Shown: positions 34,939 to 44,430, numbered from the stretch's first letter. The stretch is DNA of 64,000 bases from an uncultured Clostridia bacterium (GCA_949841045.1 CATKXS010000005.1:650-64649); one strand, 5' to 3'. The notes: generated by a model from the sequence alone, not told the origin. Numbers and translations are program-made.

Positions 34939-36210
34939 ATGGAAGGATTTTTTATTGTAGGTGGCAACAAATTAAAGGGCGAAGTAAGAATGGACTCAGC
35001 AAAGAACTCGCTTCTTCCTATTATCGCTTGTTGCATTTTAATTGAAGATGAAGTGGAGCTTGTTAATGTTCCTAAATATAGTGACGTCTTGACGATGTGT
35101 GAAATACTGTGTCATCTTGGAGGTAAGGCGGAGTTTAAGGGTGACAATCTTTATATAGATTGTCGGGGAATTGACAAAAACTGTATTCCGAACGAATTGT
35201 CATCTTCAGTTCGTTCCTCTATTTTTACGCTTGGCCCTATACTTGGTCGAATGAAGAGTGCAAAGGTTGCCTATCCTGGCGGTTGTGACATAGGATTGCG
35301 TCCTATTGACCTTCATCTTAAAGGTATCAGGGAACTTGGGGCAAAGGTTGTAGAAAAGAATGGTTACATATATGCAAATGGCGGAAATTTGACTGCCGGC
35401 GAGATTGTTTTGACTTTTCCTAGCGTGGGTGCGACAGAAAACCTTATGATGCTTGCGCTTTCAATTCCAGGACAGACAAGAATATATGGCGGGGCGCAAG
35501 AGCCAGAGATTGGAGATTTGCAGAGGTTTATAAATGCCTGTGGTGGAAGTGTAAGTGGTGGCAGGGGCAACTTTATTGTTGTTGACGGCGGACGCAAACT
35601 TCATGGCGCTTCTTTTGAAGCAATGCCTGATAGAATTGAAACGGGCACATATATAATAGCCACCGCAATGTGTGGTGGTGAAGTGGCCCTTAAGAATGCC
35701 AGTCTTGAGACAAATGGAGCTTTGGCAATGAAAATGCTAAAAACCTCTTGCAAAATAGAGCAGAAAGGTGATACAATAATCGTGCAAAGCAGTGGACGGC
35801 CAGAAAGCTTTGGCGAAATCGAGACGGCGGTATATCCCGGATTCCCAACCGACCTTCAAGCGCAAATGACAGCACTTGCAGGTGTAAGCGAAGGATATAG
35901 CCTTATCATTGAAAACCTGTTTGAAGCGCGAAGTAAGCATGTAGGTGAGCTTATGAAAATGGGTTATGATATTAGGGCTAAAAATGGAATTACAATCGTT
36001 AAAGGCCGAGATAGAATTTTTGGCGCCGATGTGACTTCGCCAGACCTTCGAGGAGGAGCGGCACTCGTGCTTGCTGGGCTATGTGCAGAAGGCTATACCA
36101 CAATAGACAATATAAAACTTGTGGATAGAGGCTATTATAAAATGGAGGAAAAACTTAGGGCGCTTGGCGGTGATATTAAGAGACTTGAAATAGAAAAGAG
36201 GCGTTGCTAA
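34939..36210 (+). CDS. murA: UDP-N-acetylglucosamine 1-carboxyvinyltransferase
   Basis: MEGFFIVGGNKLKGEV..SAKNS, active-site region PGGCDIGLRPIDLH. Start set at ATG 34939; the track's 34900 start lies in the palindrome. Confidence 0.9.
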   Translation: MEGFFIVGGNKLKGEVRMDSAKNSLLPIIACCILIEDEVELVNVPKYSDVLTMCEILCHLGGKAEFKGDNLYIDCRGIDKNCIPNELSSSVRSSIFTLGPILGRMKSAKVAYPGGCDIGLRPIDLHLKGIRELGAKVVEKNGYIYANGGNLTAGEIVLTFPSVGATENLMMLALSIPGQTRIYGGAQEPEIGDLQRFINACGGSVSGGRGNFIVVDGGRKLHGASFEAMPDRIETGTYIIATAMCGGEVALKNASLETNGALAMKMLKTSCKIEQKGDTIIVQSSGRPESFGEIETAVYPGFPTDLQAQMTALAGVSEGYSLIIENLFEARSKHVGELMKMGYDIRAKNGITIVKGRDRIFGADVTSPDLRGGAALVLAGLCAEGYTTIDNIKLVDRGYYKMEEKLRALGGDIKRLEIEKRRC

Positions 36211-36222
36211 GAAAGAGGTGTT

Positions 36223-37098
36223 ATGAAAAAGAAAGGGTGGCTAATTGTACTTGGTGTAACTGTTGCAATAGTAGTACTATTTGTAATCCTTTCTTTTACC
36301 CTTTTTTCGCTTAAGCATATAGAAATTGACTATAGGACAAGCACTCAAAATATTGAAATGACTGACGAAGAGATTATCGAAAGTGGGAATTTTAAGAAGG
36401 GTGGTTCAGTATTCTTTCATGGCAAAAAGAACTATATAAATAATATTGAAGAGGCAAATCCATACATTAAGGTTATAAATATTGAAACAGTGTTCCCTTC
36501 AAAGTTTGTTGTTCATATTGCAGAAAGACAGGAAGTTTATGCAGTTGAAAGTAGCTTTGGTTATTACATCTGTGACGAAGAAATGAAAGTTTTAAGAATT
36601 CAAGAAGAGGCGGATGAAAGCCTGCCAATCTTACTTCAAAATAAGGAAGTTGTCGCAAAAGAATATGAGGTTGGCGACAAAATCGAGATGGCGCATAAAG
36701 TAAACATTTATTCAGCCTTTTATGAAAATAATAGACCTCTTGGAGAGCAAGTTGCGCTAATCGAAAAGATTGAACTTTTTGAGGAATATGACAAGGTGTT
36801 AAAGAAAGATATTCGCATTTCAAAATTGACTTTACAAAATGGTCTTGTATTTAAGATTGTTGACGATAGTTATGGGCTGAAGTACAAAGTAAAAATGCTT
36901 ATAGATGTTTTTAGTCAATATCACAATTTTGTTGGGAAAGAAATCACTGTTCGAGATGAAGAAGGAAAGGAAACAAAGGTTATATTGACTGAAGAAAATT
37001 TGAAAAGTGCAACATTTGTTATTGCAAGTTACTATGACAAAACTTCGCATAGCGAGAGTGAATGCTACTTTGATATTGTGCTTTCAGCTGTGGCTTAG
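36223..37098 (+). CDS. ftsQ: cell division protein FtsQ/DivIB
   Basis: Single N-terminal TM, POTRA-like region and a position between murA and ftsA. Confidence 0.7.
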   Translation: MKKKGWLIVLGVTVAIVVLFVILSFTLFSLKHIEIDYRTSTQNIEMTDEEIIESGNFKKGGSVFFHGKKNYINNIEEANPYIKVINIETVFPSKFVVHIAERQEVYAVESSFGYYICDEEMKVLRIQEEADESLPILLQNKEVVAKEYEVGDKIEMAHKVNIYSAFYENNRPLGEQVALIEKIELFEEYDKVLKKDIRISKLTLQNGLVFKIVDDSYGLKYKVKMLIDVFSQYHNFVGKEITVRDEEGKETKVILTEENLKSATFVIASYYDKTSHSESECYFDIVLSAVA

Positions 37099-37132
37099 GT
37101 GGCTTGATTATGCAAATAGATTAAGAAAAAGA

Positions 37133-37145
37133 AGGGCATAATGCC
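37133..37145 (+). repeat. singleton palindrome GGGCATAATGCCC
   Basis: Identical to the copy at 34893. Confidence 0.8.
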
Positions 37146-37157
37146 CTTGAAATAATT

Positions 37158-37183
37158 AAAAAGTGGATTATCCACTTTTTTTA
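37158..37183 (+). terminator. hairpin GTGGATTATCCAC followed by T7 (terminator-like family member)
   Basis: aagtgga-tta-tccactt stem-loop followed by T7, downstream of ftsQ. Confidence 0.6.
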
Positions 37184-37194
37184 TTTAATAAACA

Positions 37195-37223
37195 TTGACA
37201 AAATTCGAGTGTTATATTACAAT
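37195..37223 (+). promoter_or_regulatory. Sigma-A type promoter of ftsA
   Basis: TTGACA, 17-nt spacer, TACAAT. Confidence 0.6.
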
Positions 37224-37264
37224 ATATTTAGTTAATTTTGTATTTTATTAAAGGAATATGTTGT

Positions 37265-38374
37265 ATGAAAGATGATTTTGTGCTTGCTTTTGACGTTGGT
37301 TCGTCTAAGCTCCGAGCCGTTGTTGCGGGCAGAGGAATAAATGATACTTTTAAGGTCAAAAGTTACAAAGAAATAGAATATGATGGTTTTTATGAAGGTA
37401 AATTTCTTTATCCTGACAAGCTTCCTTCCTTATTTGAAGATATGGTAGCAGACCTTGACAGTCAAAGTGAAAAAATTGACAAAGTTTATATTGGCGTGCC
37501 TGCCGAGTTTTCTTCTGTTTCTGTAATTGAGGAGAGTGTAAACTTTGGCAATCGCAGAAAGGTTAAAAGAACAGACCTTGATTCTCTATATTACCTTGCC
37601 GGCGAGAAGGCGAAGAGCGGTGAAGTTGAGGTTGTGTCAGTAAGCCCTCTTTCATTCTCTATTGATGGATTTCCTTCTCTCGACCCTGTTGGCGAAAGTG
37701 GGACAACCTTATCAGCAAAACTTTCTGTAATTTATGCTAATCGTGATTTTATTGAATTATTCAATTCTATTGCTGGCGGACTGAACTTCTCAACTGTTGA
37801 ATATATATCTGAAGCACTCAGCGAGGCTCAATATATTATTCCTCGTGAAAAGAGAGAGGATATGGCACTTCTTGTTGATGGCGGAGACCTTACAACAAGC
37901 ATCGCTCTTATTAAAGGAGACGGACTCAGCGCGCTGACATCAGTCTCACGTGGTGGCGGATTTATTACAAATGATTTAACTGAGGCGTTTGACCTCTCTA
38001 TGAGCGAGGCTGACAGACTTAAGAAACAAATCGTGCTTTCAGTTAAGGGCGGACAAAACGACTGCTATGAACTTATGACTGACTTTGGTAAGACAACAAG
38101 AATTTCTCTTAACTTCGCAAACGAGGTTGTGTCTTACAGAATAGAAGAACTTGCAGAAGTTATATCAAAATGTATTCAGCTCAGTGCTTCTCAATTTGAG
38201 AGTTATCTTCCAATTTATCTGACGGGTGGCGGAATATCTAAGATAAAGGGTGGTCGTGATTTCCTTGCAAAATGTCTTGGCAGAAATGTAACTTACGGCA
38301 CTCCATCACTTCCAGGAAAAGAAAAACCTGAACTTGCTTCCATCTACTCGCTCATAAACAGTGCATTGAATTAA
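37265..38374 (+). CDS. ftsA: cell division protein FtsA
   Basis: Actin-fold motifs FDVGSSKLRAV and LVDGGDLTTSIA; sits upstream of ftsZ. Start set at ATG 37265. Confidence 0.85.
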   Translation: MKDDFVLAFDVGSSKLRAVVAGRGINDTFKVKSYKEIEYDGFYEGKFLYPDKLPSLFEDMVADLDSQSEKIDKVYIGVPAEFSSVSVIEESVNFGNRRKVKRTDLDSLYYLAGEKAKSGEVEVVSVSPLSFSIDGFPSLDPVGESGTTLSAKLSVIYANRDFIELFNSIAGGLNFSTVEYISEALSEAQYIIPREKREDMALLVDGGDLTTSIALIKGDGLSALTSVSRGGGFITNDLTEAFDLSMSEADRLKKQIVLSVKGGQNDCYELMTDFGKTTRISLNFANEVVSYRIEELAEVISKCIQLSASQFESYLPIYLTGGGISKIKGGRDFLAKCLGRNVTYGTPSLPGKEKPELASIYSLINSALN

Positions 38375-38589
38375 AATGTAAAAACAAAATTTATTAAAAA
38401 ATTTTCAAAAATCGTTTGGAAAATTGTGACATTATGGTTATAATGCATATTGCATAAATATTCATAAATTATGCATATTCCACGTATTTTATACATTTTA
38501 TAAAAAATTTATAAAAACGTATTGCATTTTTATTTAAAAAGTATTACAATAATGAATATTGAAATATTCAAAAATTCAAGGAGAAAAAA

Positions 38590-39810
38590 ATGGAAAACAA
38601 TTACAACACTTCAGCAACCAAAATTAAGGTAATCGGTGTAGGCGGTGGCGGAAATAACGCGGTTAATCGTATGATTGACGCTGGCGTTAATGTTGCTGAA
38701 TTTATTGCAGTCAATACTGACCAGCAAACACTTCTTCTCAGTAAAGCTGAGACAAGACTTCAAATCGGTGAAAGATTGACAGGTGGTCGTGGCGCGGGTG
38801 CAAAGCCTGAAATCGGACAAAAGGCTGCAGAAGAAAGCAAAACTTCACTTACTGAAATGCTTAAGGACGCAAACCTTGTATTTATTACTGCCGGAATGGG
38901 TGGTGGTACTGGTACTGGTGCGGCTCCTGTTATTGCTCAGATTGCAAAGGAACTTGGTATTTTGACAATCGCTGTCATTACTAAACCTTTCTCTTTTGAA
39001 GGACCTGTTAGACAAAAGAATGCTGACGAGGGCCTTGAAAAACTTAGAAAATATGTTGACGCTCTCGTAGTTATTCCAAATGAGAGATTGCTTGAAATTC
39101 TTCCAAAGAAAACCCCTCTCATCGAATCATTTAGATTTGCTGATGATGTTCTTAGACAAGGTGTTCAAGGTATTTCTGACCTCATTGTTTTCCCTGGTCT
39201 TATCAACCTTGACTTTGCTGACGTTTGTACAATTATGAGAGACAAAGGCCTTGCTCACATGGGTATTGGTTATGGTACTGGTGACAACAAAGCTCTTGAA
39301 GCTGTTAAACAAGCTGTTGCAAGCCCACTTCTTGAGACAACAATTGAAGGCGCAACTGGAATCCTTATCAATGTTAAAGGTGGTGGGGATTTGACTCAAG
39401 ATGATATTAGTGAAGCAACAGCTCTTGTAAGAGAAGTTGTTGATGACGATTGCAATATTATCTTTGGTACAAGCATGGACGACAATATGCGTGATGAAGT
39501 TGAAATCACACTTATTGCAACTGGCTTCCAAAGCATAAATGACAAAGCAAAAGAAGAGGAAGAGAGAAGAGCAAATGAAATGGCTCAAGCTCGTTCTATT
39601 GGAAATATGGGACAAACTCGCCCTGAATATTCTGCAAGAAGCATGTTTGCAAGTTATGTTCAAAAAGAGAAGGAAGAGGAAGCTCAAGCTCCAGTTAGAC
39701 CAGATGTTTCTCTTGAAAGACGCAATAATGATTTAAGTTCTTCAAGAGTTGAAGTAAACAACTCAAGCGTTCCACCATGGATTGAAAAACTTAGAAGAAA
39801 TAAGAGATAA
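38590..39810 (+). CDS. ftsZ: cell division protein FtsZ
   Basis: [17 protein letters not shown] and the tubulin signature [13 protein letters not shown]. Confidence 0.97.
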   Translation: MENNYNTSATKIKVIGVGGGGNNAVNRMIDAGVNVAEFIAVNTDQQTLLLSKAETRLQIGERLTGGRGAGAKPEIGQKAAEESKTSLTEMLKDANLVFITAGMGGGTGTGAAPVIAQIAKELGILTIAVITKPFSFEGPVRQKNADEGLEKLRKYVDALVVIPNERLLEILPKKTPLIESFRFADDVLRQGVQGISDLIVFPGLINLDFADVCTIMRDKGLAHMGIGYGTGDNKALEAVKQAVASPLLETTIEGATGILINVKGGGDLTQDDISEATALVREVVDDDCNIIFGTSMDDNMRDEVEITLIATGFQSINDKAKEEEERRANEMAQARSIGNMGQTRPEYSARSMFASYVQKEKEEEAQAPVRPDVSLERRNNDLSSSRVEVNNSSVPPWIEKLRRNKR

Positions 39811-39830
39811 ATAAGAAAACTGATATACAT

Positions 39831-39860
39831 AAAAGAACATACTTTTGTATGTTCTTTTTT
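39831..39860 (+). terminator. Rho-independent terminator of ftsZ
   Basis: aagaacata / tatgttctt stem followed by T6. Confidence 0.8.
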
Positions 39861-39862
39861 AT

Positions 39863-40020
39863 GTGCATTATGATTCTATTCACTTCGTGTGCCTTAGGCA
39901 CTTTTTACCACTGCGTTGCACCTTAGGTGCTTTCTATCTACTTCGTTGTGTATTATGCACTTTTTGTTTACTTCGTTGGGGTCTTAGTCAATTTTATCTA
40001 CTACGTTTGTACCTCGACTT
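39863..40020 (-). repeat. short-form hairpin array (about 30-bp period, 5-6 units)
   Basis: The plus strand reads (C/T)ACT(T/A/G)CGT(T) + palindrome + T-run. Palindromes are GTGCCTTAGGCAC 39889-901, GCACCTTAGGTGC 39918-30 and GTGTATTATGCAC 39948-60, with degenerate units at 39863, 39978 and 40008. Confidence 0.85.
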
Positions 40021-40239
40021 TTAAAATATAATTCAACTATATTGCTTTTAGGAGAATGTCAAAATTTTTGTGATTTTAACTTATCTTGTAACAATGTTTT
40101 GTATTCTATCGATTAAGAAAAATAGCGAAAAAAATAAGGTTTTTTCTTCGTTAAATTACCCGTTAACTCGACAATTATCCCTAAATTTTCAGTTTGTGGC
40201 ATGGGTGAAAGATGTTACACTTTCCATGCGAGGTGAAAA

Positions 40240-41043
40240 GTGGAAATTGTAATTGAAGAGACTCTCACGGTCTCAGTTTTGCTAAATTTCATAATTCTTA
40301 AAACCACAGCTCAAGTCTTGAAAAGGAGGGGCAGGCTTACAATATTGTCTGCATTATTTGGCGGCCTGGTTACTCTTTTTTCGCCTCTTCTTATTTTATC
40401 GTCTTGGCTTAAGTTATGTCTTATAATTCCTACCGCGCTTATTATGCTTCTCGTAACATTTAAATACATAAACTTAAAAGACTTTGTTGTTCTCTTTGGT
40501 GTTTTTATGATTACAACGTTTTTGTTTGGTGGAGGTTGTTTTGCGCTTAAAGAACTAATAGGAGCATATCCTTTATATATTGTGGCCCTAGTCAGCATAG
40601 CTATTTATATCTGCACATATTTAATAATCAAGGTTGTCAATCATTATAGAAGGATTAAGAATTTTACCTATACTCTCACATTTAAAGATGGCGAAAAAGT
40701 TATCAGTGAAAAAGCATATCTCGATAGTGGCAATATGCTTTATGACTCTATAACCAAAAAGCCAATTGTGCTTATCAATTATGACGTATTTCAAAAATTT
40801 TATAAGGATATTTCTCTTGTTTCAATTTTGACCAAAAAAGTAAATTCCAGTTCTATCAAAAATGGTCATTACATAAAAATAAATAGTGTAGGAAAGGGGA
40901 CGAGCATACTTGTTTTTACAACTGATGAGATGAAGGTTGAAGGTGACGAAAGGCTTTATAAGAATGTCACGCTGGGCCTTTCCTTTTCTGGATTTGAAAA
41001 GAGTTTTGGTTCTAACGTGCTTTTGCATTGCGACTACTCTTAA
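40240..41043 (+). CDS. spoIIGA: sigma-E processing peptidase SpoIIGA
   Basis: Five N-terminal TM segments and aspartic protease motif YLDSGNML; directly upstream of sigE. GTG start follows GAGGTG. Confidence 0.85.
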   Translation: MEIVIEETLTVSVLLNFIILKTTAQVLKRRGRLTILSALFGGLVTLFSPLLILSSWLKLCLIIPTALIMLLVTFKYINLKDFVVLFGVFMITTFLFGGGCFALKELIGAYPLYIVALVSIAIYICTYLIIKVVNHYRRIKNFTYTLTFKDGEKVISEKAYLDSGNMLYDSITKKPIVLINYDVFQKFYKDISLVSILTKKVNSSSIKNGHYIKINSVGKGTSILVFTTDEMKVEGDERLYKNVTLGLSFSGFEKSFGSNVLLHCDYS

Positions 41044-41100
41044 ACTTTAATAAGTAAAATTTATCTATATAAGGTGCATCATGCACCAAAAGAGGGTGTT

Positions 41101-41832
41101 ATGTTTAATATTTTGTTTAAAATTAGAAAATTTTTTTATAGGTTTTTACATAGAGACCATTTACTTACGGCAAAAAATATTGTTTGTTACGTCTGTGGAA
41201 ATGAGGAGTTTTTGCCACCGCTTTCAAGCGATGAAGAGACCAGGCTTTTAGAACTTAAAGAGGCAGGAGATGTTAGAGCGACAGAAAGGCTTATTGAGCA
41301 TAACTTGAGGCTTGTTGCATACATTGCGAGAAAGTTTGAGAACACGGGCATTGAATATGAGGACCTTATCTCCACTGGTGCAATAGGTCTTATTAAAGCG
41401 GTCAAGACTTTCAAGATGGACAAGAATATTAGGCTTGCAACTTATGCGTCACGTTGCATTGAAAACGAAATTCTTATGCAGATACGAAAAAGTAGCAAGA
41501 TAAAAAATGATTTAAGTCTGGATAAGCCTTTAAGCGAAGATTTTGATGGAAATCAGCTTGTGCTTGCTGATATTATTCCAAGCGATGTTGATATTGTTTC
41601 GACTGCCGTTGATGAGCCTGGAGATAAACAACTTATAACTGAGCTTATAAACAAACTCAATAATAGAGAAAGAGAGATAATGATTTTGCGTTATGGGCTT
41701 ATGGGGGAAGAGGAGCTTACGCAAAGAGAGGTCGCTGTAAAACTTGGAATAAGTCAGAGTTATATTTCAAGGCTTGAAAAGCGCATTCTTTTTGATATGA
41801 AGAATGAGCTTCAAAAACAGTTTTCAAATTGA
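41101..41832 (+). CDS. sigE: RNA polymerase sporulation sigma factor SigE (pro-sigma-E)
   Basis: Pro-sequence, then LPPPLS..EE, NLRLVAYIARKF region 2 and a region 4 HTH REVAVKLGISQSYISRLEKR. Confidence 0.9.
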   Translation: MFNILFKIRKFFYRFLHRDHLLTAKNIVCYVCGNEEFLPPLSSDEETRLLELKEAGDVRATERLIEHNLRLVAYIARKFENTGIEYEDLISTGAIGLIKAVKTFKMDKNIRLATYASRCIENEILMQIRKSSKIKNDLSLDKPLSEDFDGNQLVLADIIPSDVDIVSTAVDEPGDKQLITELINKLNNREREIMILRYGLMGEEELTQREVAVKLGISQSYISRLEKRILFDMKNELQKQFSN

Positions 41833-41853
41833 CAGCCAGCCGATAAACTCCGC

Positions 41854-41869
41854 AAGCGGTTAACCGCTT
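41854..41869 (+). terminator. palindrome AAGCGGTTAACCGCTT (possible weak terminator)
   Basis: Perfect 16-nt palindrome 22 nt after the sigE stop; only a short T-run follows. Confidence 0.4.
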
Positions 41870-41896
41870 TATTAAAGCTTACAAAAATTGAATAAG

Positions 41897-41908
41897 AGGG
41901 CATAATGC
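41897..41908 (+). repeat. degenerate GGGCATAATGCC palindrome
   Basis: aGAGGGCATAATGCCTCt, with the same A-rich 5' context as the other copies. Confidence 0.6.
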
Positions 41909-42241
41909 CTCTGAAAACATTCCAAAATAAGTCATGTACGTTGTTATTGTACACCCCTTACTTTGGAACATTTTCGAGCCTTGCCTTGCTTGTTTCTAGG
42001 CTGACTGTTGAAATTTTAGCAACCAAATGTTACACGGCTATCGTAAATTATATCAGATACTTAAAGTTTGTGACGTTCCTGTAAAAGTACAGAAAATGAA
42101 AAATGGCATAATTAATCGAAAAATCCGCAAAAATGGTGATAAAATGGGCAAAAACAATGATTTTTTCTAGTTTTGTCCTTTTTTTTGGGTTGTGAATAAA
42201 AAATATTAGCTTTGAGGAAGATATATTTACTAGGAGGAATT

Positions 42242-43015
42242 ATGTCTTCAAGAGTGTGTATTGCAGGGGTTGATACAGCCAAACTCCCTAAGCTTTCGGG
42301 GCGAGATTTAGAAGAACTTATGATTAAAGTTAAAAAGGGTGACGAAAGAGCTAGAGAGAGGTTTGTTGTCGCAAACCTTAGGCTTGTGCTTTCTGTTGTT
42401 CATAGATTTTGCAGTAAGGGCAATAAGGCTGACGATATGTTTCAGGTTGGCTGTGTTGGACTTTTAAAAGCAATAGACAACTTTGACAACAATCTCAATG
42501 TCAAATTTTCAACTTATGCTGTGCCTATGATTATAGGTGAAATAAGAAGATATTTAAGAGACAATAATTCTGTGCGTGTTTCTCGTTCTCTTCGTGATAT
42601 TGCTTACAAGGCTTTACAGGCGCGAGAGGAGCTTTCCAAAAACTCTTTTGAAGAGCCAAGTCTTGAAGATATTGCAAAGAAGATTGATGTTCCCCTTAAA
42701 AACGTCACTTTTGCACTTGATGCGATAAGTGATACTGTTTCGCTTAGCGACCCTATTTATACTGACGGCTCGGACGCAATTAATCTCCTTGACCAGATTG
42801 CTGATACAAAAAACACTGATGAGAACATCTTTGAAAATCTTTCTATCAAAGATGCAATTAAAACCTTGTCAGAGCGTGAGCGAGAAATTCTCTTAATGAG
42901 ATATTATGTTGGTAAAACTCAAACTGAGGTGTCAGAGGAGATAGGTATTAGCCAAGCTCAAGTTTCAAGGCTTGAAAAAAATGCGCTTAAAGTTATAAAA
43001 GAATTTTTGGTTTAA
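42242..43015 (+). CDS. sigG: RNA polymerase sporulation sigma factor SigG
   Basis: VCIAGVDTAKLP, NLRLVLSVVHRF, FSTYAVPMIIGEIRRYLRD and TQTEVSEEIGISQAQVSRLEK. ATG 42242 follows AGGAGGA. Confidence 0.9.
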   Translation: MSSRVCIAGVDTAKLPKLSGRDLEELMIKVKKGDERARERFVVANLRLVLSVVHRFCSKGNKADDMFQVGCVGLLKAIDNFDNNLNVKFSTYAVPMIIGEIRRYLRDNNSVRVSRSLRDIAYKALQAREELSKNSFEEPSLEDIAKKIDVPLKNVTFALDAISDTVSLSDPIYTDGSDAINLLDQIADTKNTDENIFENLSIKDAIKTLSEREREILLMRYYVGKTQTEVSEEIGISQAQVSRLEKNALKVIKEFLV

Positions 43016-43053
43016 TTGTCATTTTTTGGAAGCATGGCTCATAAATGTAGTAT

Positions 43054-43335
43054 GTGGAAAGTTCATTTATCGAGTTAAGATGTAAAGAAGTTGTTAATGT
43101 GTGTGACGGGCGAAAACTCGGTCACATAGTTGATGTGATATTTGATTTAGATTGTGGCAGAGTGCTTGGGTTTATGTTGCCATGTGGCAAGACTGGCTGG
43201 AATGTGTTTAAAAATAATAGTCAAATCTTTCTGCCGTTTGGGTGTATTGTAAGAATAGGTGAGGATACTATTCTTGTAGACTTGCCACCGCAAGGAGTGC
43301 CTACAAATCCATATATTTTACAAGATAAAAAATAA
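43054..43335 (+). CDS. ylmC: YlmC/YmxH family sporulation protein (PRC-barrel)
   Basis: ELRCKEVVNVCDGRKLGHIVDVIFD...GRVLGFMLP pattern. The start codon is uncertain (GTG, no clear SD). Confidence 0.7.
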   Translation: MESSFIELRCKEVVNVCDGRKLGHIVDVIFDLDCGRVLGFMLPCGKTGWNVFKNNSQIFLPFGCIVRIGEDTILVDLPPQGVPTNPYILQDKK

Positions 43336-43357
43336 CCGCTTTTGCGGTTATTTTTAT
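43327..43357 (+). terminator. Rho-independent terminator
   Basis: aataaccgc / gcggttatt stem followed by T5. Confidence 0.75.
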
Positions 43358-43424
43358 TTTTAAGTAAGAATGTTTATTCCCATTTTAAAAACCTAATTTT
43401 TGTTTTTAGAGTTGGGATATTTAA

Positions 43425-43441
43425 GAACTGGCTAAGCCAGT
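43425..43441. repeat. TAA-centred palindrome AACTGGCTAAGCCAGTT abutting the nrdR stop
   Basis: Perfect 7-bp arms around TAA; no T-run on the nrdR strand. Confidence 0.6.
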
Positions 43442-43884
43442 TACATGTTGTCGAGCAATTTTTTAAAGCTGTCAAGGTCTTTGAATTGGCGATAAACGGA
43501 AGCAAATCTTACGTAAGCGACCTCGTCAAGTCCTTTGAGTGCGTCCATAACCATTTCGCCAAGTTGAGATGATTTAATCTCTTGGGTGAGTTTGTTTTGA
43601 ATTTGCTTTTCGATGGTGTCAACAACATTGTCGATTTGACTCATGCTGACAGGGCGTTTTTCACAAGCCTTAATAATTCCGCCTTTAAGTTTTTCTTTGT
43701 CAAAAGATTGTCTTGAACCGTCATTTTTAATAACTAAAATAGGTGTGGTTTCGATAGTCTCGTATGTAGTAAATCTTCTTCCGCAAACAAGACATTCACG
43801 GCGTCTTCTGATTGAGTTTGACTCTTCGCTATTTCTTGAGTCAAGAACCTTGCTTTCTTCTGCGCCACAATAAATACATTTCAT
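43441..43884 (-). CDS. nrdR: transcriptional repressor NrdR
   Basis: [17 protein letters not shown]...[17 protein letters not shown] zinc ribbon plus an ATP-cone. The ATG at 43884 follows AAGGAGA. Confidence 0.93.
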   Translation of the reverse strand: MKCIYCGAEESKVLDSRNSEESNSIRRRRECLVCGRRFTTYETIETTPILVIKNDGSRQSFDKEKLKGGIIKACEKRPVSMSQIDNVVDTIEKQIQNKLTQEIKSSQLGEMVMDALKGLDEVAYVRFASVYRQFKDLDSFKKLLDNM

Positions 43885-43948
43885 AATATTTTCTCCTTGA
43901 TTGTATTCTAGCATATTTTGAAATAAATTTCAATTGTTTTTTATTATT

Positions 43949-43967
43949 TAATCAGTTGATAACTGAT
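43949..43967. promoter_or_regulatory. perfect 19-bp palindrome AATCAGTTGATAACTGATT (candidate metal-regulator operator)
   Basis: Read directly in the nrdR / feoA divergent spacer. A partial second copy, AATCAGCCGATT, lies at 43974-43985. Confidence 0.4.
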
Positions 43968-44100
43968 TTTGTGTTAATCAGCCGATTGATGTTTTTTGTG
44001 TTATATATTTTGGTTAAGGGAGATATGCTGTTGAACCTTTAAACTAGAGAATTATGGTGAGATTTGTCATACCGCCACCTTAAACTTAATAAATTATCTT

Positions 44101-44331
44101 ATGGAAAAACTGACAAGCATAAAAAGAGGCAAGTACTCTCAAATAGAAAAGATTTCAGATGACGCACCACTCAAAATTAAAAGACGACTTTTAGAACTAG
44201 GGTTCACTAAGGGAGAAAAGGCGAGGGTTGTGAGAAAGTCGCTTTTATCACATGCGTATCTGGTCGAGATTCGAGGGTATACATTATCTGTGCGAAAAGA
44301 CATAGCGGGCTATGTCATTGTTGTGCCTTAG
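44101..44331 (+). CDS. feoA: FeoA family iron transport protein
   Basis: 76 aa. RRLLELGFTKGEKARVVRK pattern; directly upstream of feoB. Confidence 0.8.
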   Translation: MEKLTSIKRGKYSQIEKISDDAPLKIKRRLLELGFTKGEKARVVRKSLLSHAYLVEIRGYTLSVRKDIAGYVIVVP

Positions 44332-44430
44332 TGTGGCCTAGCCACCTTTTGTTCACTTCGTGTGCATTATGCACTTTCTTATTGTTTCGTTATGCATTAT
44401 GCACTTTCTTTTTACTTCGTTTGGGGTTTG
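44323..44430 (-). repeat. short-form hairpin array (about 30-bp period, 3-4 units) between feoA and feoB
   Basis: GTGGCCTAGCCAC 44333-45, GTGCATTATGCAC 44362-74, ATGCATTATGCAC 44392-404 and a degenerate terminal unit homologous to the one at 39968-39995. Flanks are ACTTCGT(T) and a T-run. Confidence 0.85.

Noticed and set aside
37163-37175. TTATCCAC (DnaA-box-like) inside GTGGATTATCCAC as a sign of a replication origin
   Set aside because: It is a single 8/9 match embedded in a member of the hairpin family. There is no cluster of boxes, no AT-rich unwinding element context, and dnaA/dnaN are not nearby.
41914-41974. Long imperfect hairpin (AAAACATTCCAAA...TTTGGAACATTTT with inner TGTAC/GTACA) and candidate sigma-F/G promoter motifs in the sigE-sigG spacer
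   Set aside because: The hairpin is real in the sequence, but I could not match any promoter consensus convincingly (GCATA at 42105 lacks a proper -10 partner). A regulatory call would be guesswork.
44054-44083. Upstream mini-ORF MVRFVIPPP-stop before feoA as a polyproline-stalling leader peptide
   Set aside because: It has only a weak AGAGA SD-like sequence and is a single occurrence. There is no linked terminator/antiterminator alternative structure that I could draw, so it is too speculative.
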